Positions 57,201-64,000 of a stretch of DNA of 64,000 bases are shown piece by piece. The notes under the pieces are model-generated. The model had not been told where the DNA came from and did no database searches. It saw nothing but the letters and a program-made list of their open reading frames with translations. Numbering within the stretch: the first letter of the stretch is position 1; every line of letters starts with the position of its first letter. Where the stretch lies: positions 25,414 through 89,413 of the IMG/VR virus record IMGVR_UViG_3300012344_000020; one strand, written 5' to 3'. Source of the stretch: a virus. Lineage: Duplodnaviria; Caudoviricetes. A program made the position numbers and the translations under genes.

Positions 57201-60200
57201 ATGCACCTTCGGAGCTGGCAAGATGGACAAGCCGACATGGGGCTATGTGAAGAAGCTCCACCCGATGTTCACCATGATTGAGGGTTCGGACAACAACTAC
57301 GAGCTGACCGACATGCGCGTGCCCTTCACGTGGGGTGACGCAAGCTGCCCCGAGGCCATCACGTACAGCGCGGACGACGAGGGCTTCTTCTACAACGGCA
57401 AGCAGTGTCTTGACTTCGACGCTGGCAAGACCGACGATGACGGCACGCCCGACCAGAAGCTCATCACGGCCATACAGGGGACGTGGAACTTCCTCTATCT
57501 CCACTCTCCGTTCGTGAAGTATTACAAGGGCACGTTCGACGCTTTCCAGAAGTCGGACGCTGCCAAAGACACCTTCGCCAAGTATTGGTGTACGGACGGC
57601 AGCGAGGCGTACAGGCTGAAACGTTATGACTTCGCCAACAACAGATGGGTGGACGCTGGCCTGTGGGACAGCACGGCCAAGGCGTGGAAGGTGATCGACC
57701 TCCGCACGGACGAGATTACGGCTTCCACCTACCAGTCGTCGGCCAACCAGTCGGAGTATGCCGAACTCAACAAGGAGCTGTGCGGTGCCATCGTGGCGCA
57801 CGCCAAGAAGTACCTCGGCTTCTACTTCCGCATCGACTCGCTGAAGCTGTACTACTCGCTCATCATCCATCTGCTGGCCGGAACGGACTCCTGCTCCAAG
57901 AACACGTACTACGTGCTTGACCCGAAGCCCGTGGAGGTGACCATCGAAGGTGAGACGCGCACCTGCTACCTCTTTGAGTTACACACGGACGACGTGGACA
58001 CGATGATGCTCATCGACAACAACGGGCGCTTCACCAAGCCTTACTACATCGACCGCATGCACCCCTATGTGGACGGCGACACCACCACGGAGAAGTACGA
58101 GGGCATGCACAACGTGCTCTTCACGCTCTGCGAAGACATGTGGGAAGGCACGAAGGAGCTACAGGGCATGGTCAAGCAGATCTTCACGGCCATGGAGAAG
58201 CAGCCGTCGGAGAGCGACTATATCGAGGGCATGCCTACCACCATCTCAAAGGCTTCTGTCTACGGCTGCCTGTGGAAATACGTATATTACGTTCACAAGT
58301 ACATCCCTCAGATGGCTTTCAACGAGGCGGCGCGCATCCGCTACGAATATCCCGAGATGATCGGTTTCGTGTCCTACGGAAGTGGTGCCCGTGGCGTGAG
58401 GCCCATCACGCAGTCGAACGGCTCGCTGCTGGAGGCGGAGCTCCAGTTCATCGAGCGCAGGCTGGTGCTCATGTCCAGCTATGCGGCGTGGGGGCCGTTT
58501 GCGGACGGCAAGACGGGCAACCTCGGCATTAGCGATGTGTCGGAGAGCTTCTCCATGCAGGCGTTCCACACGCCCGACACGGCCAGCTCGCAGAACGACT
58601 ATGCCTTCACGGTGAAGCCGCACCAGTACCTCTACCCGACGGGCATGCTCGGCCAGACGGTCATCGACCCTCACGTGCGCGTGGCACCTGGGGAGGCCTA
58701 TCGGCTGGAACTCGGAAGCACCACGTCAAACGATACGGGTATGTCGGTGAGCGGCATCAACTACTACCGTTCCATCGGCAATGTTGGCGACCTGTCCACG
58801 ACCCCCGCCAACACCATCACGGTGAACGGCAAGCGTCTGACGGAGTTTGTGGCCGAGCCGAGCAAGACCTACACGGACAGCACGACGGGCAAGCCCACTC
58901 CTGCCTTCCGTCCAGGTGCCATCGTCATATCGGCAAAGAACATCTCCAATCTTAGCCTTCGCGGATGCTCGGCGACAAGCGGAGCGATAGACCTCACGCA
59001 GCTGTCGCGACTGAAGACGGTGGACGTGCGGCAGACCAAGCTGTCTGACGTGACTTTGCCCGCTTCGCATGTCCTGTCTTCCGCCCTCTTGCCTGCCACC
59101 ATCTCGTCGGTGGACGTGGAGAATCAGGAGAACCTGTCTGTCCTGCAACTGGAAGGCTACGGCAACCTCACCCGTTTTGTGGTGAAGAACAACAAGCTCG
59201 TCGACACCTTCGCCCAAGCTACGGCTTTGCTTGCCGCCAAGCCTTCGGGGTTGAAGACCGTCACCTTGACCGACCTCGCATGGAACACGCAGGGGCGGCA
59301 GTGTAATATGGACTTGCTGATGTATCTCGCCAGCTTGAAGGCAAATTTGACGGGCATCATCTTCATGCTTGCCGCAACGTCCGACCGCGCCCTGTCGCTG
59401 GCCGACAAGGAGATGTTGTGCGCCCTCTATGGCAATATTGACTCCACGGTCAACGCTCTCTATATCAAGTATGACGTGAGGGCTATCAACAGCATCTCTA
59501 TCTCGGGAGAGGCGTTTATGACCACTGCGGGCAAGGACTATCGCTTCTCCGTGGTGCCGTCGCCCGTGACGGGCAACAATGTGGCCATCAAGGACGGACG
59601 GCTCGACATCGCATGGAGCATTGCCGATACGGCCGACAGCTACGCCCACTGGGCTGACAGCGACGGCCTGCTGCACGTGGACAAGCTCTCCGACCCTGCC
59701 CTTGACCTCAAGCACACCATGACAGTGAAGGCTGTCACAACCAACGGCACGCTAACCGCGCAGAAGAAGGTCGGTTTCTATCGTCACATACCCGTCGTGG
59801 GCGACTTCGCCTATGCCGACGGCACGTTTGACGGGGAGTGGGACGAGGAGCGCACGTTCATCGGGCTGGTCTTCATGCGTCTGCCCATCTACACGGGGTC
59901 GAAGATCACGGCCTATGACGTGCGCGTGGTGGCCGCCGAAGACTTGAAGATGGTATCGGGCGGCGACAATCCCATCACGTGGACGACTCACCGATGGGGC
60001 CTCTATCCCGATGACCTGAACGGATGGCTGTCGGAGGAAGCGAACATCGAGAAGGCGAGCGGAGTGAAAGACGCTTTCGACATCGACGAGCTAAAGAACT
60101 TCTCCTCCCGATGGGGCGGTGCCAACGATTATGACGGCGGCTACCACACGGTGCCGTCGTGGGCGACGGACACGGTGCTTGCCAATACACCAACGAAGAC

Positions 60201-61212
60201 CTACGCCACGTACAAGGCGACATGGGACGCTTACTACACTGCGCTTGACGCACTCTATGCGGCCATACAGGCGGCGAACCCAAGCTACTCCTACTCGGCA
60301 GACAACCGCAAGAAAGACGACAAGCTCTACACCATCGCCGAGGGCGGCACCATCCTTGCTGCCAACAAGGACACGATGACGCAGGCATGGGTGAGGGCAC
60401 GCTCCTGTTACAGCGAGTTCACGTCGGCGGCCAGCTCCAACGGCCTGTCATCTTCGGGCGAGTACACCGCTTTCGTGGCTGCCTACCAGTCTGTATCTGA
60501 CATGCTCAACAACGGGGAGAGCTACACGACAACGAGCGACGAGACAAAAGGCCCATCATGGTGCCAAGGCTTCAACTATTATTATCTTGACGACATCACG
60601 TATCTTGACGACAGTCAGACGGACGGCTACAAGGTGCTTCCTTCCACCTGTGCGGCCGGCGACTACAACGGCAAGGACTACACGGCCAAGATTGTGGCTC
60701 ACGCCCGCAAGGTCGTCAACGGCTATCTCTCGGAGAGTTACCCGACGACCTTGCAGGAGCTGGCTGACGCTATGGCCGCACTGCGCAACGCCAACGCGTC
60801 GGTCACCAATCCCTGGCGATACGAGGAGTTCTACTATCCTGCGGCCTACGGCTGCTACCTGTACGAGCCGACAGCCGACACGCTCAATGCCGCATGGCAG
60901 AAGGGCAACTGGTATCTGCCCTCCGAGGGCGAGCTGACAAGGCTGTACAATTTCTATCGCCTCGGACAGGACATAGAGAACGCCGCTGACGGAGCTACGG
61001 AGGCGCGCACGCCCATCTTTGCCAATGCCAACAAACGAGCAGCCAAGACGGTCTTCAAGATGGGTAACTACTGGGTCGTGTGGAGTAGCGTCGAGTACAG
61101 CCGTAACTTCAGTTGGCACGTGCATTTCACTTCGGGTTTCGTCAACAACTGGGCCAACAAGTACACCAATGGCTACGTTCGCCCGTGCTCGGCGTTTATC
61201 TTTACACTTTAA
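54205..61212 (+). CDS. DGR target: 2335-aa multidomain receptor-binding/tail protein (LamG-like, CotH-kinase-like, LRR, C-terminal CLec)
   Basis: Start MAKKTS at 54205; C-terminal WYLPSEGEL...WSSVEYS...YVRPCSAF; VR at the 3' end. Confidence 0.85.
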   Translation: MAKKTSPNSITSLTDDWANDAANGLPFSGQAVQDFIKKQFGSKVGTWCWSPTVDASNFYHIWGFATEADKQAYLADPDGNASLLLANEALPISTVQGDSYGAYLFTDAGVATDYVVSGDKMTVNLRFSAVRNSSGDRLNVGVPGTLVIQRKTASSDWTTVETRKDVLTSTDYADTTAYTSVDIGSALKSGAQQIRIRAYYTYEADDGSQKTATSTYVSIGSSITKTTLDLECQQNWQTPILASVYAERGFPVSYMVYGAVPKTLHVEITGGNGKTLAADYPLSADQDSATVSKSITDATDTYKLFKHGVRTVKAWLTCDDGMGGTISSRVLVNRFMVVNPTAAADKTTPYLLLQNMVGTADNFAQADLCQYSVYSPGADGTTNNGSDVTVIFYLTAYAENFPADNPEQYFRIESTASPGTRYTLNTTIEIETEDEEQTTIPAYFRVWRKDGDSEVNFLQSSIGQGNIVIQVDNSESYAPKAGADFVLNPKNRNNSEANPKTIVNAKTGKTVDSTWTGFGLVKDGWVTSDVDGQRVLRVPAGAKLNFKYNPFSQFLTTPDSALEIELDFMVRNVTDEDSPIISLFENFSAQDADGNTTTQFRGLKIQPIHGEIHTKSNYVSSETDFAWKEGERTHVCINIHNAVAPNKGDALVPASSSYDTSATKIALVRIFIGGEIRREFKYSITDAAEFCTGAMSNGGFTIGQDGADIDIYSIRIYQNTALEASDILANHISTLPTTEEKRAMRQANDILTGGKVDLEKCRALGKRCLVWHGTEPYKENTSTQRGYWEVFQYDARGNYLPEYSGTLCKSSAALETKRQGSTANTYYYSNIQTKMSDVTETITVPLSELHSSITYEVKTVQGEDGTESKVVGLKGGCLGKNFPTAETAVDYAYAEVDGAPAVVVPDGWVDGNGKYRGVGYIVAEGTPMAQKLVNKINYASSMQSHLTGVNNLYNDLHKAIVGKNSLQEAYPEARVSKYTEPFLYFTQALDSDTPVYRGPCTFGAGKMDKPTWGYVKKLHPMFTMIEGSDNNYELTDMRVPFTWGDASCPEAITYSADDEGFFYNGKQCLDFDAGKTDDDGTPDQKLITAIQGTWNFLYLHSPFVKYYKGTFDAFQKSDAAKDTFAKYWCTDGSEAYRLKRYDFANNRWVDAGLWDSTAKAWKVIDLRTDEITASTYQSSANQSEYAELNKELCGAIVAHAKKYLGFYFRIDSLKLYYSLIIHLLAGTDSCSKNTYYVLDPKPVEVTIEGETRTCYLFELHTDDVDTMMLIDNNGRFTKPYYIDRMHPYVDGDTTTEKYEGMHNVLFTLCEDMWEGTKELQGMVKQIFTAMEKQPSESDYIEGMPTTISKASVYGCLWKYVYYVHKYIPQMAFNEAARIRYEYPEMIGFVSYGSGARGVRPITQSNGSLLEAELQFIERRLVLMSSYAAWGPFADGKTGNLGISDVSESFSMQAFHTPDTASSQNDYAFTVKPHQYLYPTGMLGQTVIDPHVRVAPGEAYRLELGSTTSNDTGMSVSGINYYRSIGNVGDLSTTPANTITVNGKRLTEFVAEPSKTYTDSTTGKPTPAFRPGAIVISAKNISNLSLRGCSATSGAIDLTQLSRLKTVDVRQTKLSDVTLPASHVLSSALLPATISSVDVENQENLSVLQLEGYGNLTRFVVKNNKLVDTFAQATALLAAKPSGLKTVTLTDLAWNTQGRQCNMDLLMYLASLKANLTGIIFMLAATSDRALSLADKEMLCALYGNIDSTVNALYIKYDVRAINSISISGEAFMTTAGKDYRFSVVPSPVTGNNVAIKDGRLDIAWSIADTADSYAHWADSDGLLHVDKLSDPALDLKHTMTVKAVTTNGTLTAQKKVGFYRHIPVVGDFAYADGTFDGEWDEERTFIGLVFMRLPIYTGSKITAYDVRVVAAEDLKMVSGGDNPITWTTHRWGLYPDDLNGWLSEEANIEKASGVKDAFDIDELKNFSSRWGGANDYDGGYHTVPSWATDTVLANTPTKTYATYKATWDAYYTALDALYAAIQAANPSYSYSADNRKKDDKLYTIAEGGTILAANKDTMTQAWVRARSCYSEFTSAASSNGLSSSGEYTAFVAAYQSVSDMLNNGESYTTTSDETKGPSWCQGFNYYYLDDITYLDDSQTDGYKVLPSTCAAGDYNGKDYTAKIVAHARKVVNGYLSESYPTTLQELADAMAALRNANASVTNPWRYEEFYYPAAYGCYLYEPTADTLNAAWQKGNWYLPSEGELTRLYNFYRLGQDIENAADGATEARTPIFANANKRAAKTVFKMGNYWVVWSSVEYSRNFSWHVHFTSGFVNNWANKYTNGYVRPCSAFIFTL
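61087..61197 (+). repeat. DGR variable repeat (VR)
   Basis: 111 nt; differs from the TR at 11 positions, all of them TR adenines. Confidence 0.97.
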
Positions 61213-61222
61213 CCTTTATCAA

Positions 61223-61243
61223 GGCGGCCATTTCAAGGCCGCC
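61223..61243 (+). promoter_or_regulatory. GC hairpin downstream of the VR/IMH (DGR target-recognition element)
   Basis: GGCGGCC-ATTTCAA-GGCCGCC, 10 nt after the target stop codon. Confidence 0.8.
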
Positions 61244-61249
61244 GCCACA

Positions 61250-61723
61250 ATGCAAAAAACAGAAGAACAAATAATCATGAACACGTTGACGGAAGACATC
61301 TACAAGGGAGCGGAAGCTGGCAAGCAAGCCCAGGCGAGGAAGCGCACGACGGCGCAGCTTCCCGTCTTCAGGGAGTGCGCTAACCTGCTGTATATGATTA
61401 TGCAGGTGATGTATCATGCGCCACGAAAGATGACAAAGCCGCTCGACGAAGCCGTGGACTGCGCTACGGAGCTACTCCGTAGCGTGGCTATGGCCAACGA
61501 GGTGAGAGGGGCTGAGCGAGTGAGCTGTATCAATATAGGGCTGTCCAACGCCAATACGCTGAACGTCCTTGTATGCTCGCTCGGATTTCTTGGTGCCATC
61601 AGCAAGCAAACTGCCAAGGACTTCAAGAAGAGAATTGGCAGGGTGCTGGCGCAGTTGATAGGATGGCGTGAGTCCGCAACACAGCAGGGTCATCCCGTGC
61701 CGACGAAAGGAGGCGCGCGATGA
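61250..61723 (+). CDS. avd: DGR accessory variability determinant (four-helix bundle)
   Basis: QLPVFREC..L...IG..LAQLIGW pattern; lies between VR and TR. Confidence 0.85.
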   Translation: MQKTEEQIIMNTLTEDIYKGAEAGKQAQARKRTTAQLPVFRECANLLYMIMQVMYHAPRKMTKPLDEAVDCATELLRSVAMANEVRGAERVSCINIGLSNANTLNVLVCSLGFLGAISKQTAKDFKKRIGRVLAQLIGWRESATQQGHPVPTKGGAR

Positions 61724-63180
61724 GGGTCTGTGGGATTTCAGTAAACGGGGGACTTGCTGGATATGGTGTGACAGCCATGTCGAGCAACGAAGATGCAAAG
61801 TCCTTGGAGAGCGTCGAGAACAGCCGTAACAACAGTTGGAACGTGAATTTCACTTCGGGTAACGTCAACAACTGGAACAACAAGTACAACAATGGCTACG
61901 TTCGCCCGTGCTCGGCGTATGCTGATTTCAAAGCGTTCCTTGATTCGATGCGGCTTGCCTATTCCGATTGTCTGAAAGGCAAGCGAAGCTCGGCGCAGGC
62001 ACTCGAATACATGCCTATTGCGACGGCGGACATTCCCAAGCTCGCATGGGAGGTGTGGACGAGAGCCTATGAGCCGAGTCCGTCAACGTGCTTCATGGTT
62101 ACTTTCCCGAAATTAAGGGAGGTGTTTGCGGCGGCGTTTCGCGACAGAATCATCCATCACTGGATAGCCATTCGCATGATTCCCCTCTTCGAGGAGCGGT
62201 GCCATGAGCTGGGCGACGTGAGCCATGCCTGCCGAAAGGGCTATGGCACGAAGACAGCGGTGGAGCAGGTGCAAAAGGGTATGCTTCGCGTGAGCGACCA
62301 CTTGCAACGGGAGGCCTGGGTGTACAAGGGCGACATCGTGGGTTTCTTCATGAATATCAACAAACGGATACTCTTGGGCGAACTGCACTCGCTCATCGTG
62401 AACAGGTATAAAGGCACCGACATCGACATACTGCTCTACCTCGTGGAGAAGACCGTCTTCCATTGTCCGCAGAAGTCGTGTTGCATACGCTCGCCCGTAG
62501 ACATGTGGAAAATCATTCGGCGCGACAAGTCCCTGTTCTTTGCCGACGACAACAAAGGCGGGCCGATAGGCAATCTTACGGCCCAACTGTTCGCAGGCTA
62601 CTACATGTCGTTCCTCGACGAATACGTGGAGGATCTGTTCAAAGGGAAGACTTATTCCTATACGAGGAGTGTGGATGATTTTGTCATCATCTGCACGGAC
62701 AGAGTTTTCCTGCGACATGCCATCCGGCAGATAGCTGACTTTACTTCTGCGCAGATGGACATAGAGTGCCATTCGGACAACATCTACTTCCAGCCTGTCA
62801 GTCACGGGGTGAAGTTTCTTGGGCAGTGCATCTATCCGCATAGGCGATACACCATCAATAGGACGATAGGCCGTTTTATAAGCAAGGCGAACTGGTGCCT
62901 AAGAGAATGCGAGGAGGATATGACGGAAATCAGGCGCGAGTATTGGGGACAGGTGTTCAACTCCTACTTCGGCTTTCTGACGCAGACGAATGAGTACAAC
63001 ACTCGAAACAAGATTTTCAAGATGCTGACGCATGAGTGGTACCAGCATTTCAGCATAACGAACAAAAAGAAAGTAACCGTTAAACACAGAAGATTATGGA
63101 ACAAGAACAACAACAACAGAAAATGTACGTCATCCACACGCACTGCTACGGCGAGCGGCCGCACGACAACTATGCGGTGA
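61720..63180 (+). CDS. DGR reverse transcriptase (TR in frame at the N-terminus; alternative start 61948)
   Basis: AY..C.KGKR, PKLREVFAAAFRDRIIHH, ACRKGYGT, KGDIVGFF, PIGNLTAQLFA, YTRSVDD, VKFLG. Confidence 0.95.
   Translation: MRVCGISVNGGLAGYGVTAMSSNEDAKSLESVENSRNNSWNVNFTSGNVNNWNNKYNNGYVRPCSAYADFKAFLDSMRLAYSDCLKGKRSSAQALEYMPIATADIPKLAWEVWTRAYEPSPSTCFMVTFPKLREVFAAAFRDRIIHHWIAIRMIPLFEERCHELGDVSHACRKGYGTKTAVEQVQKGMLRVSDHLQREAWVYKGDIVGFFMNINKRILLGELHSLIVNRYKGTDIDILLYLVEKTVFHCPQKSCCIRSPVDMWKIIRRDKSLFFADDNKGGPIGNLTAQLFAGYYMSFLDEYVEDLFKGKTYSYTRSVDDFVIICTDRVFLRHAIRQIADFTSAQMDIECHSDNIYFQPVSHGVKFLGQCIYPHRRYTINRTIGRFISKANWCLRECEEDMTEIRREYWGQVFNSYFGFLTQTNEYNTRNKIFKMLTHEWYQHFSITNKKKVTVKHRRLWNKNNNNRKCTSSTRTATASGRTTTMR
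61810..61920 (+). repeat. DGR template repeat (TR)
   Basis: 12 AAY codons in the VR frame; otherwise identical to the VR. Confidence 0.97.
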
Positions 63181-63725
63181 CGATGGCCGACGGTAACATG
63201 GCCGTCTTCGAGGAACCGACCTACGAGGCAATGCTCGAGGCCATGGGTAAAAACGGATATATCCTGCTTGATACCATCGGGTATGTGATGGATCAGCTCC
63301 CAATGTACACGCCCACTACGTCAGGCTATACGGAAGAGGTGTGGAAGAAGGGACTGGACTTTGCCAAGGAAATGGCCACGAGGGCTATCAACGCCTACGA
63401 CTCCTCCTCTGCGGTGAACAGCTTCCTGCTCAACGGCAAGAGGGTGTGGCTCGACAAGGCTACCCGTGTGGGGCTGATGAACTCCACCACCATCGCCAAG
63501 GCTATGGGCAGCAAGACGACCGACCTGTGGCTGGGCGAGACCAAGATTACGGTGGACTGCGACAAGGCCATACAGCTGCTGTCGACACTGGAGATGTACG
63601 CCCTGGAGTGCTTCAATGTGACGGCAGCGCACAAGAAGGCCGTGAGCGAGATGACAAGCCTGGAGGAGGTGATAGGCTACGACTTCACCAAGGGCTATCC
63701 CGACAAACTGAAGATGGAGGTGTAG
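63123..63725 (+). CDS. tail-associated protein (DUF4376-like)
   Basis: AINAYDSSSAVNSF...WLDKATRVGL...LEMYALECFNVT..HK.AV...YD...GYP.KL. Confidence 0.7.
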   Translation: MYVIHTHCYGERPHDNYAVTMADGNMAVFEEPTYEAMLEAMGKNGYILLDTIGYVMDQLPMYTPTTSGYTEEVWKKGLDFAKEMATRAINAYDSSSAVNSFLLNGKRVWLDKATRVGLMNSTTIAKAMGSKTTDLWLGETKITVDCDKAIQLLSTLEMYALECFNVTAAHKKAVSEMTSLEEVIGYDFTKGYPDKLKMEV

Positions 63726-63728
63726 GCC

Positions 63729-64000
63729 ATGGAGATGCTGATGCTTTTTGCCTTCGTCCTGCTGGCCGGACTGCTCATCATGACAGGCGTGCGCTATGGC
63801 GTGCCCTGCATGGTGAGCGACATCTACTACCAGATGGGCGGCCGTGACGCTTACGGGTGGGTCTTCTCACTCACGATGGGCTTTGTGGCGTTGTTTGCCT
63901 TGGCGGCCATGCTCGACAGCGAGTGGGGTGCGGACTGCCTGGCGTTCATCGGGTGCGGTGGACTGGCCTTCGTGGCCGTGGCTCCCAACTATGCGGACGA
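63729..64000 (+). CDS. membrane protein, 3'-partial
   Basis: Consecutive hydrophobic helices; ..PCMVSDIYY.M motif; runs off the window. Confidence 0.7.
   Translation, partial: MEMLMLFAFVLLAGLLIMTGVRYGVPCMVSDIYYQMGGRDAYGWVFSLTMGFVALFALAAMLDSEWGADCLAFIGCGGLAFVAVAPNYAD

Larger units (their letters stand above)
61087..63180 (+). mobile_element. diversity-generating retroelement (VR-hairpin-avd-TR-RT)
   Basis: All core components are present in canonical order. Confidence 0.97.
1..64000. mobile_element. Bacteroidales (Prevotella-like) tailed phage/prophage genome segment, probably long-tailed
   Basis: TerL, portal, S49 protease, capsid, major tail, 2340-aa tape measure, holin, GH108 lysin and DGR all lie in the window. 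No host core genes and no integrase or att site seen. Confidence 0.93.

Noticed and set aside
61019-61249. Long N-terminal extension of Avd overlapping the VR
   Set aside because: Overlaps the target gene in another frame; Avd-like sequence begins only after the ATG at 61250 (or the next ATG at about 61277).
1-64000. tRNA genes, integrase or att sites, toxin-antitoxin or anti-CRISPR genes
   Set aside because: None recognised by eye. Lifestyle (temperate versus lytic) cannot be settled from this window, and small hypothetical proteins could hide such functions.

Overview
The window is a 64-kb stretch of a large tailed dsDNA phage or prophage of a Bacteroidales host, probably Prevotella-like (inferred from TAnnTTTG promoter boxes, a BT4734/VirE-type primase, an HU-HIG-like gene and A-rich leaders without SD). 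No host housekeeping genes, integrase, tRNA or CRISPR array were seen. Gene order is non-canonical: an early/accessory region (0-9.7 kb); an inverted terS?-terL operon; holin, tail genes and a 2340-aa tape measure; an AT-rich repeat-laden intergenic region; an inverted LysR plus Cys-rich cassette; primase, N6/N4-MTase, gmk, thyX and dut; prohead protease, capsid, major tail, GH108 endolysin, portal and adaptor; a PAPS-reductase-like gene; tail genes; and a complete DGR (2335-aa target with C-terminal VR, hairpin, avd, TR, RT; 11 VR/TR mismatches, all at TR adenines). The most unusual locus is at 3.76-8.0 kb. A circularly permuted C5-cytosine methyltransferase (motifs IX-X before I-VIII; frameshifted here) is flanked by 11 tiny, mostly translationally coupled ORFs. 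Each looks like one of the variable-region modules normally fused inside phage C5-MTases; seven carry poly-G tracts and four are out of frame at the tract. Also found: a six-copy promoter motif (TGTCC[T/G]-N21-TAnnTTTG), a PAPS-reductase-like gene with four homopolymer tracts, a CotH-like kinase domain in the DGR target, and a DGR RT with SVDD and AQ variants. Family assignments are by eye from motifs; no database search was run. Homopolymer frameshifts could be assembly errors.
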